Below are positions 27,467 through 37,100 of a stretch of DNA of 64,000 bases, in pieces. The translations under genes and the position numbers were made by a program. The DNA is from a virus. Location: the IMG/VR virus record IMGVR_UViG_3300017708_002392, positions 5,943-69,942 of that record. One strand, 5' to 3'. The notes beneath the pieces are model-generated. The model did not search any database. It was given only the letters and a program-made list of their open reading frames with translations, and was not told the origin of the DNA. Every line of letters begins with the position of its first letter. Within the stretch, counting starts at the first letter, position 1.

Positions 27467-29182
27467 ATGGCATGGAAAAAATATTTTAATCTTGTACAAC
27501 CAGACGGTTCAATGTCACCAGTGAGTGGTACCAACACTGCCAACGGTGGTGCAATGATGGGCAAAAGAAACTACACTTCATATCTGCCAGAAGTGTACAC
27601 AGGACATCCAAACAGACAAGAACGTTACTATCAATATGATTCAATGGATCAAGATTCAGAAGTGAATGCGGCATTGGATATCATTGCAGAATTCTGCACA
27701 CAGAACAACGAAAAAACAAAAACACCCTTCACCATACAGTACAAAACAGAACCAACAGAATCAGAAGCAATGATTTTGAATGATGCAATCAAGCAATTCA
27801 CATCATTGAATGATTGGAGCAGAAGAATGTTCCGCATGTTCCGTAACACATTAAAGTATGGTGATTCATTTTTTATCAGAGATCCTGAAACACAACAGTT
27901 GATTCATGTGGCTGCCACAAAATGTGAAAAGATTATTGTGAATGAATCCAAAGGCAAACAACCAGAACAGTATGTGTTCAAAGATTTGAACTTGAACTTA
28001 GAATCATTGTCTGCTTCACAGGTAGCGGCCAACATCACATATTCATCACCGGGTGCTTCTGCTATAATGGATCAAGGATATGGCAAGTCAGGAGGAGCAT
28101 ATTCAGGACCAGGCACATATGGCACAGGCGGTGCAGGTAGATTCGAAAGCACACAGAATCAATATGCAATTGATGCCAATCATGTTACTCATATGAGCAT
28201 GTCAGAAGGACTTGATGCAAACTTCCCGTTTGGTACATCCATACTGGAAACTGTGTTCAAAACATTCAAACAGAAAGAAATGCTAGAAGATGCCATCATC
28301 ATATACAGAGTACACAGAGCACCTGAACGTAGAGTGTTCTATATTGATGTGGGCAACATGCCAACACATATGGCCATGGGTTTTGTTGAAAGAGTTAAAA
28401 ACGAAATTCACCAAAGACGTATTCCATCTGTGAGCGGTGGACAGAATTCAGTGGATGCCACATACAACCCGTTAAGCATAAACGAAGATTATTTCTTCCC
28501 ACAAACAGCAGAAGGCAGAGGATCTAAAGTGGAAACATTGCCAGGTGGCACAAACCTAGGCGAAATTGATGATTTAAGATACTTCACTAACAAACTGTAT
28601 CGTGCTTTGAGAATTCCAAGTGCTTATTTGCCAACAGGTCCAGATGATGGCGCCAACCCACAATACTCAGATGGCAGAGTAGGCACAGCATACATTCAAG
28701 AATTAAGGTTCAACAAGTATTGTGAAAGATTGCAGGACATTGTAATTCCACCAATCAATCATGAGTTCAAGTTGTTCCTTAAACAAAGAGGCATCAACAT
28801 AGACACATCATTGTTTGATGTAAAACTTACACCGCCACAAAACTTTGCCGCATACAGACAGATTGAATTAGACAATCAACGTGTACAAGCATTCACACAG
28901 ATAGAGCAAGTGCCATATTTGAGTAAAAGATTTGCTCTACAGCGATTCTTAGGATTGAGTGAACAAGAACTTGCTAAAAACATGGAGATGTGGGCAGAAG
29001 AAAAAGGTGAGTCAATGGATGATGCTGTGAAAGGTGAAGATCTACGTAATGTAGGTGTCACTGGCGGCGATCTCAACACAGACATATCAGATCAAACTCA
29101 ACCCGATGAAGCACCAACTGGTCCTGGACCAGGCGAAGAAGAAGGCGAACTCGGAGACGACGATGATGATATTGAGATCTAG
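27467..29182 (+). CDS. gp20: portal protein
   Basis: LEDAIIIYRVHRAPERRVFYIDVGNMP, EDYFFP...GRGSKVETLPGG.NLGEIDDLRYF. Confidence 0.97.
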   Translation: MAWKKYFNLVQPDGSMSPVSGTNTANGGAMMGKRNYTSYLPEVYTGHPNRQERYYQYDSMDQDSEVNAALDIIAEFCTQNNEKTKTPFTIQYKTEPTESEAMILNDAIKQFTSLNDWSRRMFRMFRNTLKYGDSFFIRDPETQQLIHVAATKCEKIIVNESKGKQPEQYVFKDLNLNLESLSASQVAANITYSSPGASAIMDQGYGKSGGAYSGPGTYGTGGAGRFESTQNQYAIDANHVTHMSMSEGLDANFPFGTSILETVFKTFKQKEMLEDAIIIYRVHRAPERRVFYIDVGNMPTHMAMGFVERVKNEIHQRRIPSVSGGQNSVDATYNPLSINEDYFFPQTAEGRGSKVETLPGGTNLGEIDDLRYFTNKLYRALRIPSAYLPTGPDDGANPQYSDGRVGTAYIQELRFNKYCERLQDIVIPPINHEFKLFLKQRGINIDTSLFDVKLTPPQNFAAYRQIELDNQRVQAFTQIEQVPYLSKRFALQRFLGLSEQELAKNMEMWAEEKGESMDDAVKGEDLRNVGVTGGDLNTDISDQTQPDEAPTGPGPGEEEGELGDDDDDIEI

Positions 29183-29194
29183 GTAAATACTGTC

Positions 29195-29422
29195 ATGCAA
29201 CTATTTGAGTTTTTCACAGAATTAGATCAAGACAGATACAACAGTGATATGGACATCACTGTGTACGAAAAGAGCGATACAAGAAAATCCAAACTCACAC
29301 TAGAAATGCTGAATCAACTTAGACATCACATGCAGTCACGCAGACAAGAAAAGGTCAAGGCTATGGAACTGTATCAAAAAATGTACGGTGGATCAGTTGG
29401 CGACTCAGCTGAAGTAGCCTAG
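29195..29422 (+). CDS. small head-associated protein
   Basis: TAAATA 5 nt upstream; MQLFEFFTE N-terminus; TRK.KLTL..LN.LR motif. Confidence 0.7.
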   Translation: MQLFEFFTELDQDRYNSDMDITVYEKSDTRKSKLTLEMLNQLRHHMQSRRQEKVKAMELYQKMYGGSVGDSAEVA

Positions 29423-29441
29423 TACTAATTAATCTACATCA

Positions 29442-30302
29442 ATGGCAGGAAGAAGAGCACAATGGAGACTCGCATCAGCACAGGCGGCTGTTCGTGGAGA
29501 AAAAACTGTATCCTTGTATGGCAAGACAGGTGAGATATCTGCATGGCTCAATCCTGAACAACTCAAAGATCCTAAAAAAACTCTTGCAGAACTGGAAAAA
29601 ATAACAAAAAAATCTTACAAAGCAGACATACCAAAATCAGAACCTATACCACCCAAAGACACTGCATACAAGCCTGAAGGCGAAGTGTGTTTTTTAATAG
29701 CCAACGGTGAATCAAGACGTGAATTCGATCTTAACAAACTCAAAGGCAAAGGATACATCATTGGAATGAATGTGTTGCCTGTGGTAGAAGATTTTTGGCC
29801 TGACATGTTGGTCAGTGTGGATATCGCTACGGTCAAATGGTTGAGCGAAAGAAATGTGCCAGCTAAACTTGAACACTGGAGTTATCCGCGAGGCGGAGTT
29901 AAAGATCCAAGGATTAAAAGAATAGCAAAAGACTGGGGCTGGTCATCAGGCCCAACAGCAACAAGAATAGCACTTGAATACAAACGATTCAAAACATTAT
30001 ACATCCTTGGCATGGATTTTTTTGGCATAACTTCTTCAGGGGAAGTTGATGAGAAAAAGGGTGACAAATTGAACAACATGTATAAAGGGCAAGAAAGGTA
30101 CCGCAAAGCAAACTCTAGTAGAACCTATTTTGGCAACTGGCAGAATCAAATGGAGACTAATACCAAGAATCATCCAGATGCAAAATTTTACCATGTAGTG
30201 CTAGATAATCAGACATCACCTAATAAACTAGCACAAAAGTCCAATTGGATTGACATAAATTATAGTATATTTGAAGAACATCTTCAAAAAATGTCAAAAT
30301 GA
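29442..30302 (+). CDS. Maf/DUF115-like sugar-transferase-like protein inside the head operon
   Basis: FLIANGESR, IGMN, PDMLVSVD, WSSGPTA and YILGMDF; paralog of 11151..11831. Confidence 0.65.
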   Translation: MAGRRAQWRLASAQAAVRGEKTVSLYGKTGEISAWLNPEQLKDPKKTLAELEKITKKSYKADIPKSEPIPPKDTAYKPEGEVCFLIANGESRREFDLNKLKGKGYIIGMNVLPVVEDFWPDMLVSVDIATVKWLSERNVPAKLEHWSYPRGGVKDPRIKRIAKDWGWSSGPTATRIALEYKRFKTLYILGMDFFGITSSGEVDEKKGDKLNNMYKGQERYRKANSSRTYFGNWQNQMETNTKNHPDAKFYHVVLDNQTSPNKLAQKSNWIDINYSIFEEHLQKMSK

Positions 30303-30373
30303 GCCTCTTAAAAAGGTCTTAACTCCTTACAACCTTAAATACAACACCTAACAACCAACCAAAGGAGACAATC

Positions 30374-31285
30374 ATGTCTAAATTTGAAAAACTCCTGGAC
30401 TTGCTTGTGAATGAGCAAAAGGATGAAGCTGAAAAAGTATTTCATGAAATAGTTGTTGAGAAATCAAGACAAATTTATGAAGGAATCCTTGCTGACGAAG
30501 AAGCAACAGAGGACACAGTAGAATCTGCTGAAGAAGTTGAAGAAGCATCGGACAAAGATGAAGATGCTGAAACTACTGAAGTAGACGAAGCACAAGATGA
30601 TGACGTCGACGAAGATATGCACGGCGACAAGAAAAAGAAAAAGAAAAAAATGGAAGACGAAGTAGACGAGTCAGAAGAAACTGACGAATCAGCTGAAGAA
30701 ACCATTGAAGAAATCGGCGGAGACGCTACAGACGATTTAATATCAGATATCGAAGCAGAAGCAGAAGGCGACGACATGGCTGACATGGACAATGACATGG
30801 ACGATGACGGCGATGCAGATCCTGAAGCTGAAGAAATGTTCGAGCCATTAGAAAAAGAACTTGACGCTCTAAAAGCTGAGTTTGCTAAAATGATGGACAG
30901 CGATGACGATGAGGGTGCTGAAGAATCAGTAAATCCTTTCGAAGACGCAGAACCAAAAGATGCTGACACTATCGTTAAAGAATATGCAAACATGGTGAAA
31001 GACGGTCATGGTGCAGAAAAAATGGGCAAAGAAACAACGGCTGATTCAAAAAAATCAGTAGTTGCTTCTAAGAACAAACCAGTTAATAATGCATCTCCAG
31101 TAAAAATGGACCAAGGCGGCGAAGAAAAAGGCGGCGTTGGAAAAGCACTAACAGGTGACACAGCAAAACCTATGGGCGGATCTTTTAAAAATGCAGGTGG
31201 AATTAATAAAGTTTCAACTGAAAAAGCTCCAGCACCACAGACAGACACTGCGTCAACTGATAAGTCACCAGTTGCTACAAAGTAA
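30374..31285 (+). CDS. acidic prohead core protein
   Basis: Very Glu/Asp-rich; FHEIVVEKSRQIYE; between portal and protease; strong AAGGAG SD. Confidence 0.75.
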   Translation: MSKFEKLLDLLVNEQKDEAEKVFHEIVVEKSRQIYEGILADEEATEDTVESAEEVEEASDKDEDAETTEVDEAQDDDVDEDMHGDKKKKKKKMEDEVDESEETDESAEETIEEIGGDATDDLISDIEAEAEGDDMADMDNDMDDDGDADPEAEEMFEPLEKELDALKAEFAKMMDSDDDEGAEESVNPFEDAEPKDADTIVKEYANMVKDGHGAEKMGKETTADSKKSVVASKNKPVNNASPVKMDQGGEEKGGVGKALTGDTAKPMGGSFKNAGGINKVSTEKAPAPQTDTASTDKSPVATK

Positions 31286-31297
31286 GGAAATAGGATA

Positions 31298-31921
31298 ATG
31301 CAAGTACTATCAGAACACTTAACATTTGATCAAGCACAAGTTGTGGTTGAATCAAGTAATGAAGGTAAGGACTTGTACATGAAAGGCATTTGCATTCAAG
31401 GTAACGTTAAAAATGCAAACCAGAGAGTGTATCCTACTTTCGAAATTAGTAAAGCAGTACAAAAAGTATCCGACCAAGTTGCCGGGGGCTCAAGTGTCCT
31501 CGGCGAGGTTGACCATCCAGAAGATCTCAAAATCAATTTAGATAGAGTATCTCACATGATTACAAGCATGTGGATGGAAGGCCATAACGGATATGGTAAA
31601 TTAAAGATTCTCCCAACACCAATGGGAAAATTAGTAGAAACAATGTTACAATCAGGCGTAAAATTAGGCGTATCATCCAGAGGATCAGGCAACGTAGACG
31701 AGGCATCAGGGAACGTATCAGAATTTGATATTATTACCGTAGATGTTGTGGCTCAACCATCAGCTCCCAATGCTTACCCAACACCAATATATGAAGGTCT
31801 TCTTAACATGAAGCACGGACATAAACTTATGGGTGTTGCAAAAGCGGCAAGAGAAGATGTTAGAGTTCAAAAACATCTAAAAGAAGGAGTGATCCAATTA
31901 ATAAAGGATCTTAAACTATAA
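31298..31921 (+). CDS. gp21: prohead protease
   Basis: NANQRVYP, GEVDHP, RVSH, LGVSSRGSG, DVVAQPSAPNA. Confidence 0.97.
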   Translation: MQVLSEHLTFDQAQVVVESSNEGKDLYMKGICIQGNVKNANQRVYPTFEISKAVQKVSDQVAGGSSVLGEVDHPEDLKINLDRVSHMITSMWMEGHNGYGKLKILPTPMGKLVETMLQSGVKLGVSSRGSGNVDEASGNVSEFDIITVDVVAQPSAPNAYPTPIYEGLLNMKHGHKLMGVAKAAREDVRVQKHLKEGVIQLIKDLKL

Positions 31922-31931
31922 GGAGAAAATT

Positions 31932-32999
31932 ATGCTAGAAGTAATCAAACAACTCCTTGACAAAGACCTGGTAAACGAAGAAACTCGTGCCGAAATACAA
32001 GAGGCATGGGATCAGAAGTTATCAGAGGTCAAAGAAGAAGCAAAAACCGAAGTAAGAGAGGAATTTGCAACAAGATACGAGCATGACAAGTCCGTAATGG
32101 TAGAAGCAATGGACCGACTAGTCAACGAAGCTCTGCAAAAAGAAATTGCAGAATTTGTTGAAGATAGAAAACAACTAGCGGCCCAAAGAGTAATGTACAA
32201 AAGAGGTGTTAAACCACACATGGAAACACTTCAAAAGTTTGTTACTCGTCAACTTGCAACTGAAATGGCTGAGTTACAAGCAGATAGAAAATCAATGGCA
32301 GAGCAAATTAAAACTCTAGAAGCATTTGTTACATCAACACTTGCTAAAGAGCTTAATGAGTTTGAAACTGATAAACGATCTGTTGTAGAAACTCGCGTCA
32401 AACTGGTTAAAGAAGCAAAAGAAAAATTTGCTCAAATCAGAAACGCATTCATTAAGAAAGCAAGTAAAATTGTAGAACAAGTAGTAAGTGAGAATATCAC
32501 TAAAGAGATGACACAATTTAAAGATGACATCAAAACTGCTAGGGAAAACAATTTTGGACGTAAGATTTTTGAAGCATATACTTCAGAATATCTAACTTCA
32601 TACCTGCATGAGACTTCTGAAATTCGTAAATTGCAGAAACAACTCGACGAGACCACAGCACAAGTTGAAGAGAACGAAAAACTTCTTGAGTCTGAGAAAA
32701 TCGAAAAACATAAGATTGAATCAAGACACAGAAGAGATAAAGTTCTTAACGAAATGTTAGGTCCACTTTCAGGTGATAAGAAAGAAGTAATGGGCAATCT
32801 GTTAGAAACAGTTCAAACAGACAACCTAAAAACTGCTTTCACAAAATATCTTCCACACGTAATGAAAGATGCTAAAAAAGCTTCAATCATAAGTGAGTCA
32901 AGAACAGAAAAAACAGGCGATAAAACACAGGCAAACACACAGGCAAAAGAACAAGACGCGGATGTATTAAGCATTCGTAAATTAGCAGGTATAAACTAA
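31932..32999 (+). CDS. gp22: prohead core scaffold protein
   Basis: 355-aa coiled coil between gp21 and gp23; VREEFATRYEHDK, FGRKIFEAY. Confidence 0.88.
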   Translation: MLEVIKQLLDKDLVNEETRAEIQEAWDQKLSEVKEEAKTEVREEFATRYEHDKSVMVEAMDRLVNEALQKEIAEFVEDRKQLAAQRVMYKRGVKPHMETLQKFVTRQLATEMAELQADRKSMAEQIKTLEAFVTSTLAKELNEFETDKRSVVETRVKLVKEAKEKFAQIRNAFIKKASKIVEQVVSENITKEMTQFKDDIKTARENNFGRKIFEAYTSEYLTSYLHETSEIRKLQKQLDETTAQVEENEKLLESEKIEKHKIESRHRRDKVLNEMLGPLSGDKKEVMGNLLETVQTDNLKTAFTKYLPHVMKDAKKASIISESRTEKTGDKTQANTQAKEQDADVLSIRKLAGIN

Positions 33000-33012
33000 G
33001 GAGAACAAAAAC

Positions 33013-34188
33013 ATGACATCCCAATTGCTAGAACATAAATGGCAAGAAACTAAAGGCGCTTTAATGGAAGGCGTCGAAGGTTCTAAAGCCAAAAACTTGG
33101 ATGTGGTCTTAGAGAATACACGCAAATACTTGTCAGAGCAGGCAACATCTGGAGCTACTGGTTCCGGTAACGTTGCAACTCTAAACAGAGTAATTTTGCC
33201 TGTAATTCGTAGGGTCATGCCAACAGTGATTGCTAACGAGCTAGTAGGTGTACAACCTATGACTGGCCCAGTTGGTCAAATTCACACATTGAGAGTTAGA
33301 TATGCTGACGCAACAACAGGCGGTGCTACAAACATCGCGGCTGGTGACGAAGCATTATCACCTTTCAAAATTGCATCATCTTATTCAGGTAACGACAGTG
33401 ACCCGGCTAAGGGTGCATCAACAGCTACTTTAGAAGGTACTGCAGGTAACAGATTAAACGTGCAGATCCTAAAACAAGTAGTAGAAGCTAAATCAAGAAA
33501 ACTATCTGCAAGATGGACTTTTGAAGCGGCTCAAGACGCACAAGCACAGCAAGGTGTTGATATTGAAGCAGAAATCATGGCGGCATTAGCTCAAGAGATT
33601 ACTGCTGAGATCGACCAAGAAATCATCGGCTCACTAAGAACATTAGCGGGTACGGCGGCTGCGGCTTTTGATCAATCTGCTGTTTCAGGTACAGCAACAT
33701 TCGTTGGTGACGAACATGCGGCTCTAGCTGTACTGATCAACCAACAAGCTAACTTAATTGCACAAAGAACAAGACGTGGTGCAGGTAACTATGCTGTTGT
33801 TTCATCTGAAGCATTAACAATCTTACAATCTGCTACAACTTCAGCGTTTGCTAGATCTACAGAGGGTGTATTTGAAGCACCAACTAACACTAAGTTTGTT
33901 GGAACTTTGAACAACTCAATGAGAGTCTACGTAGACGGTTATGCAGCTACAGGAACAGATGTATTAGTAGGATACAAAGGACCATCAGAAGCAGATGCTC
34001 CAGCGTTCTATTGCCCATACATTCCGTTAATGAGCTCAGGCGTTGTACTGGATCCGTCTACATTCGAGCCGGTAGTAAGTTTCTTAACTAGATATGGATA
34101 CACTGAGTTATCAAACACAGCATCATCTCTAGGTAATGCGGCTGACTATCTTGCTAGAATTAGCATCAGTAACGTATCATTCAAATAA
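33013..34188 (+). CDS. gp23: major capsid protein
   Basis: VIRRVMP..IANELVGVQPMTGPVGQI, RKLSARWT.EAAQD, EIDQEI, FYCPYIPL, TRYG. Confidence 0.98.
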   Translation: MTSQLLEHKWQETKGALMEGVEGSKAKNLDVVLENTRKYLSEQATSGATGSGNVATLNRVILPVIRRVMPTVIANELVGVQPMTGPVGQIHTLRVRYADATTGGATNIAAGDEALSPFKIASSYSGNDSDPAKGASTATLEGTAGNRLNVQILKQVVEAKSRKLSARWTFEAAQDAQAQQGVDIEAEIMAALAQEITAEIDQEIIGSLRTLAGTAAAAFDQSAVSGTATFVGDEHAALAVLINQQANLIAQRTRRGAGNYAVVSSEALTILQSATTSAFARSTEGVFEAPTNTKFVGTLNNSMRVYVDGYAATGTDVLVGYKGPSEADAPAFYCPYIPLMSSGVVLDPSTFEPVVSFLTRYGYTELSNTASSLGNAADYLARISISNVSFK

Positions 34189-34203
34189 TTTTATTTGGAT
34201 ACT

Positions 34204-34231
34204 AGAAGGGGGGCCATTGTGCCCCTCTTCT
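34204..34231 (+). terminator. hairpin terminator after the major capsid gene
   Basis: AGAAGGGGGGC-cattgt-GCCCCTCTTCT, an 11-bp stem with one G-U pair. Confidence 0.75.
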
Positions 34232-34264
34232 CTTGAGTTCAGTTTACTTCAATAAATACTTCAT

Positions 34265-35914
34265 ATGAAGATCATCCAAGGACAAGAAAAAGTAATTCTA
34301 CGAGCAGTGTCGCCGGACGGAGCAACCACATCTGGAGATTTATTAACTGCATTTGCTGAAGACAGTGGGTCAACAGGTATCAGAATTTCCAATCTAGAAG
34401 TAGAAACACAAACAACACTCAACAGCACAACCACCACAATTGAAGATTCATTTTTAGAAGTCAATAGAAATAATTCAACAGCAGACAGTGAAGATTCAGG
34501 ATTATTTTTTAACAGGGGATCAGAAAATCATGCACTGTTATATTGGGACGCAGGTGACGACAATTTTGTGGTTGGAACCACAACACATGAGGCAACAGTA
34601 ACAGCAATTTCAAATGTTACTCTGGCACAACTTAAAGTTGCCACTACACCAACTGACGCAAATCATGCCGCAAGTAAAAGTTATGTTGATTCAAGAACAA
34701 TCACAGTAGCAGGAGACAACAGTGCGGCTATCACAATAGATTTTGATGATGCAGAATTAGTGTTATCCGGAGGAAACAGTATAACAACAGCTACCACAGC
34801 AGGAGGTAATGCTTTTGATATAAGTGTTGATGCCGCAATGACAGGAATCAATTCCATTACATCGGCTTCAAGTGAAAATATCACATTGGTAGCACAAAGT
34901 AATTTGATTGTGATCGATGATTTCTTAACATTTCAAAACAATCAAACAGATCCATCAGCGGCTGCAATATCAAAATTTTATGCCAAAACACCAGGAGCAG
35001 GTGGCACAGGGTTTTTTGCTATCAACAGTGCTGTCGATGGCGGTGAGGCTACAGAATTATTAGGAGCCACAAGTGCTGACTTAAAAATATTTGGTGACGA
35101 TTCGACCACAATGGAAGTCAATCTGCCAACACAGGAATTGCACATAAAAGGTGGAGCAGGCATAATAACCTCCACATCCAGTACACAAACATTAACAATT
35201 TCAGTGAGTGGTGATATCAGTGTAAACAACATTTCATCTCCTGACTCAACTGCGGTTGTTATCAATGACGGGTTGGATGTGATTGGTACCCTACAAGTCA
35301 GCGATATAGGCGGACATGATTCTACAGCAATTCAACTAAATGAAGATGTGAATGTAAACGGTAATCTTAGAGTAAACACAAAAAATATATTCTTAGGGGA
35401 CAGCAGTGGAGCCTTTGACAACTGTATAATGCTTGGTGCTGGAGAGGATTTACAACTTTTCCACGATGGCTCCAATTCTTTCATAATTGACAGCGGAACA
35501 GGTAATTTAGAAATTCAAACCGCAGCTGGTGAGATACGCATGGTAGGCGGTGCATCAATGGCTCATTTCATCCGTGGTGGTGCTGTAGAACTATATCATA
35601 ATGGCAATAAAAAAATAGAAACAACATCTATTGGTGTAACATTGACAGGCGCACTGAAAATGACAGAAGTTTCAAAACCTAGTGCAGTTGCTGATCATGG
35701 TTTTGTGTATGTAAAAAATGATAGTGGAACAGCAGAAGTATTTGTGTTAGATGCCGCAGACAATGAAACTAAAATATCACCACACAACGACGACGGCGAA
35801 TGGGAATATTACTCACGAAATACTAAAACTGGTAAAACAATAAGAATCAATATGGAACGAATGATTCGTGATCTAGAAAATTTTACAGGTAACAAGTACA
35901 TAGAAACTGTATAG
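34265..35914 (+). CDS. virion fibre/structural protein
   Basis: 549 aa, S/T/G/D-rich beta-type modules shared with the 1853-aa protein; DLQLFHDGSNSFI..G.G.L and VELYHNG.KK.ETT fibre motifs; late promoter. Confidence 0.7.
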   Translation: MKIIQGQEKVILRAVSPDGATTSGDLLTAFAEDSGSTGIRISNLEVETQTTLNSTTTTIEDSFLEVNRNNSTADSEDSGLFFNRGSENHALLYWDAGDDNFVVGTTTHEATVTAISNVTLAQLKVATTPTDANHAASKSYVDSRTITVAGDNSAAITIDFDDAELVLSGGNSITTATTAGGNAFDISVDAAMTGINSITSASSENITLVAQSNLIVIDDFLTFQNNQTDPSAAAISKFYAKTPGAGGTGFFAINSAVDGGEATELLGATSADLKIFGDDSTTMEVNLPTQELHIKGGAGIITSTSSTQTLTISVSGDISVNNISSPDSTAVVINDGLDVIGTLQVSDIGGHDSTAIQLNEDVNVNGNLRVNTKNIFLGDSSGAFDNCIMLGAGEDLQLFHDGSNSFIIDSGTGNLEIQTAAGEIRMVGGASMAHFIRGGAVELYHNGNKKIETTSIGVTLTGALKMTEVSKPSAVADHGFVYVKNDSGTAEVFVLDAADNETKISPHNDDGEWEYYSRNTKTGKTIRINMERMIRDLENFTGNKYIETV

Positions 35915-35927
35915 GTTAAATATTATT

Positions 35928-36206
35928 ATGAGATTCACAGACTTTAAAATTGTAATTGATGGAAAATTAGAAGGCGATGAAGACGCAGATTCTATCAAAG
36001 CAATTTTTAACAAAGTAGAAAAATCAAAAGAAAAAGAAAACGATTCTGAGGATCAGCCACCGATGATGTCCCCGCAACAACAAGAAATTGAATTAGACAA
36101 AGCAGAACAAGGCAAAACATCTGATGCAATTGATTCATTAGTGGACGATGATGAGGAAGCAGAAGAACCAGATCCAAAAGACAATCTATCGCGATTAGGA
36201 TTGTAA
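35928..36206 (+). CDS. small acidic head-associated protein
   Basis: TAAATA 5 nt upstream; MRFTDF N-terminus; MSPQQQEIEL.K motif. Confidence 0.65.
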   Translation: MRFTDFKIVIDGKLEGDEDADSIKAIFNKVEKSKEKENDSEDQPPMMSPQQQEIELDKAEQGKTSDAIDSLVDDDEEAEEPDPKDNLSRLGL

Positions 36207-36207
36207 C

Positions 36208-37083
36208 ATGGCCTTTAGAAAGATCAAAGGCTCTTTCAAAAACAGAGACATTTCAACACATATTATAGAAGACACCTATCTTGCACATGACACAGTTACA
36301 GGTCAATTGAGAATAGGAGATGGCGTAACACCTGGAGGAACAATAGTAAGCACAGGTGGCAGTAGTTCTCTAACAATTCAAGATGAAGGCAGTTCCCTTT
36401 CAACATCAGCAACAACTATTAATTTTGTTGGCGATGGAGTAGAGGTTACAGGAACAGGAGCGACCAAAACAGTTACCATAAGTGGTAGTGGAGGCGGATC
36501 GGCTGATTTAGGTGAATTACAAATATCAGGATCTAAATTGTCTGTGCAAGATTCGAGCACAGTTGGCGTTGGTATAGAAAATATTAGAATTGCTGGATCT
36601 AGTTTTACAATTGATGATTCAACTGACACAGGATTTGAATTTACTGGTCACCTAGTGCCGTCACAAGATGGCGTGTTCGATTTGGGTAAAGCAGGAAAAA
36701 GGTGGAAAACGGCTTTTTTATCTGCAGAAACAATTGATATAGGCGGAGCAACAATTAGTTCGGATGGTACAGGAGCTATATCTATTGCTTCCAGCGGAGT
36801 TACACTGCCTGAAAATTCAAAGGTTGGTCAGGGTGTGATTGTTAAAGGAGGTACAACAGCAGGTACTGGTGCACGTCCTATTCAAGAAGTTAAAATTTTT
36901 ACCAGTGACGGATCTAGTACTTTAACAGATGCACAATTATTAGCAACAACAGCTCCGTTATCGCTGGAATTTAATGCTTCCATTGAAACTGTGGCGGTAT
37001 ACACAGCGGCAGGGCAAAAATTCACTCTATCAGACGGGAATGACTTAGAGTCGCAAGACACCATTACTGTCTTTCAATTTTAA
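36208..37083 (+). CDS. virion structural protein
   Basis: LRIGDGVTPGG, TIQDEG...INFVG.GV and GHLVP..DG.FDLG...KRW modules typical of fibre proteins. Confidence 0.7.
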   Translation: MAFRKIKGSFKNRDISTHIIEDTYLAHDTVTGQLRIGDGVTPGGTIVSTGGSSSLTIQDEGSSLSTSATTINFVGDGVEVTGTGATKTVTISGSGGGSADLGELQISGSKLSVQDSSTVGVGIENIRIAGSSFTIDDSTDTGFEFTGHLVPSQDGVFDLGKAGKRWKTAFLSAETIDIGGATISSDGTGAISIASSGVTLPENSKVGQGVIVKGGTTAGTGARPIQEVKIFTSDGSSTLTDAQLLATTAPLSLEFNASIETVAVYTAAGQKFTLSDGNDLESQDTITVFQF

Positions 37084-37100
37084 TTAGGTTAAATATGTAA

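Noticed and set aside
30627-30650. Poly-Lys A-rich run in the acidic core protein as a frameshift or phase-variation site
   Set aside because: The frame stays open with coherent acidic sequence on both sides; mixed AAG/AAA codons indicate ordinary low complexity.
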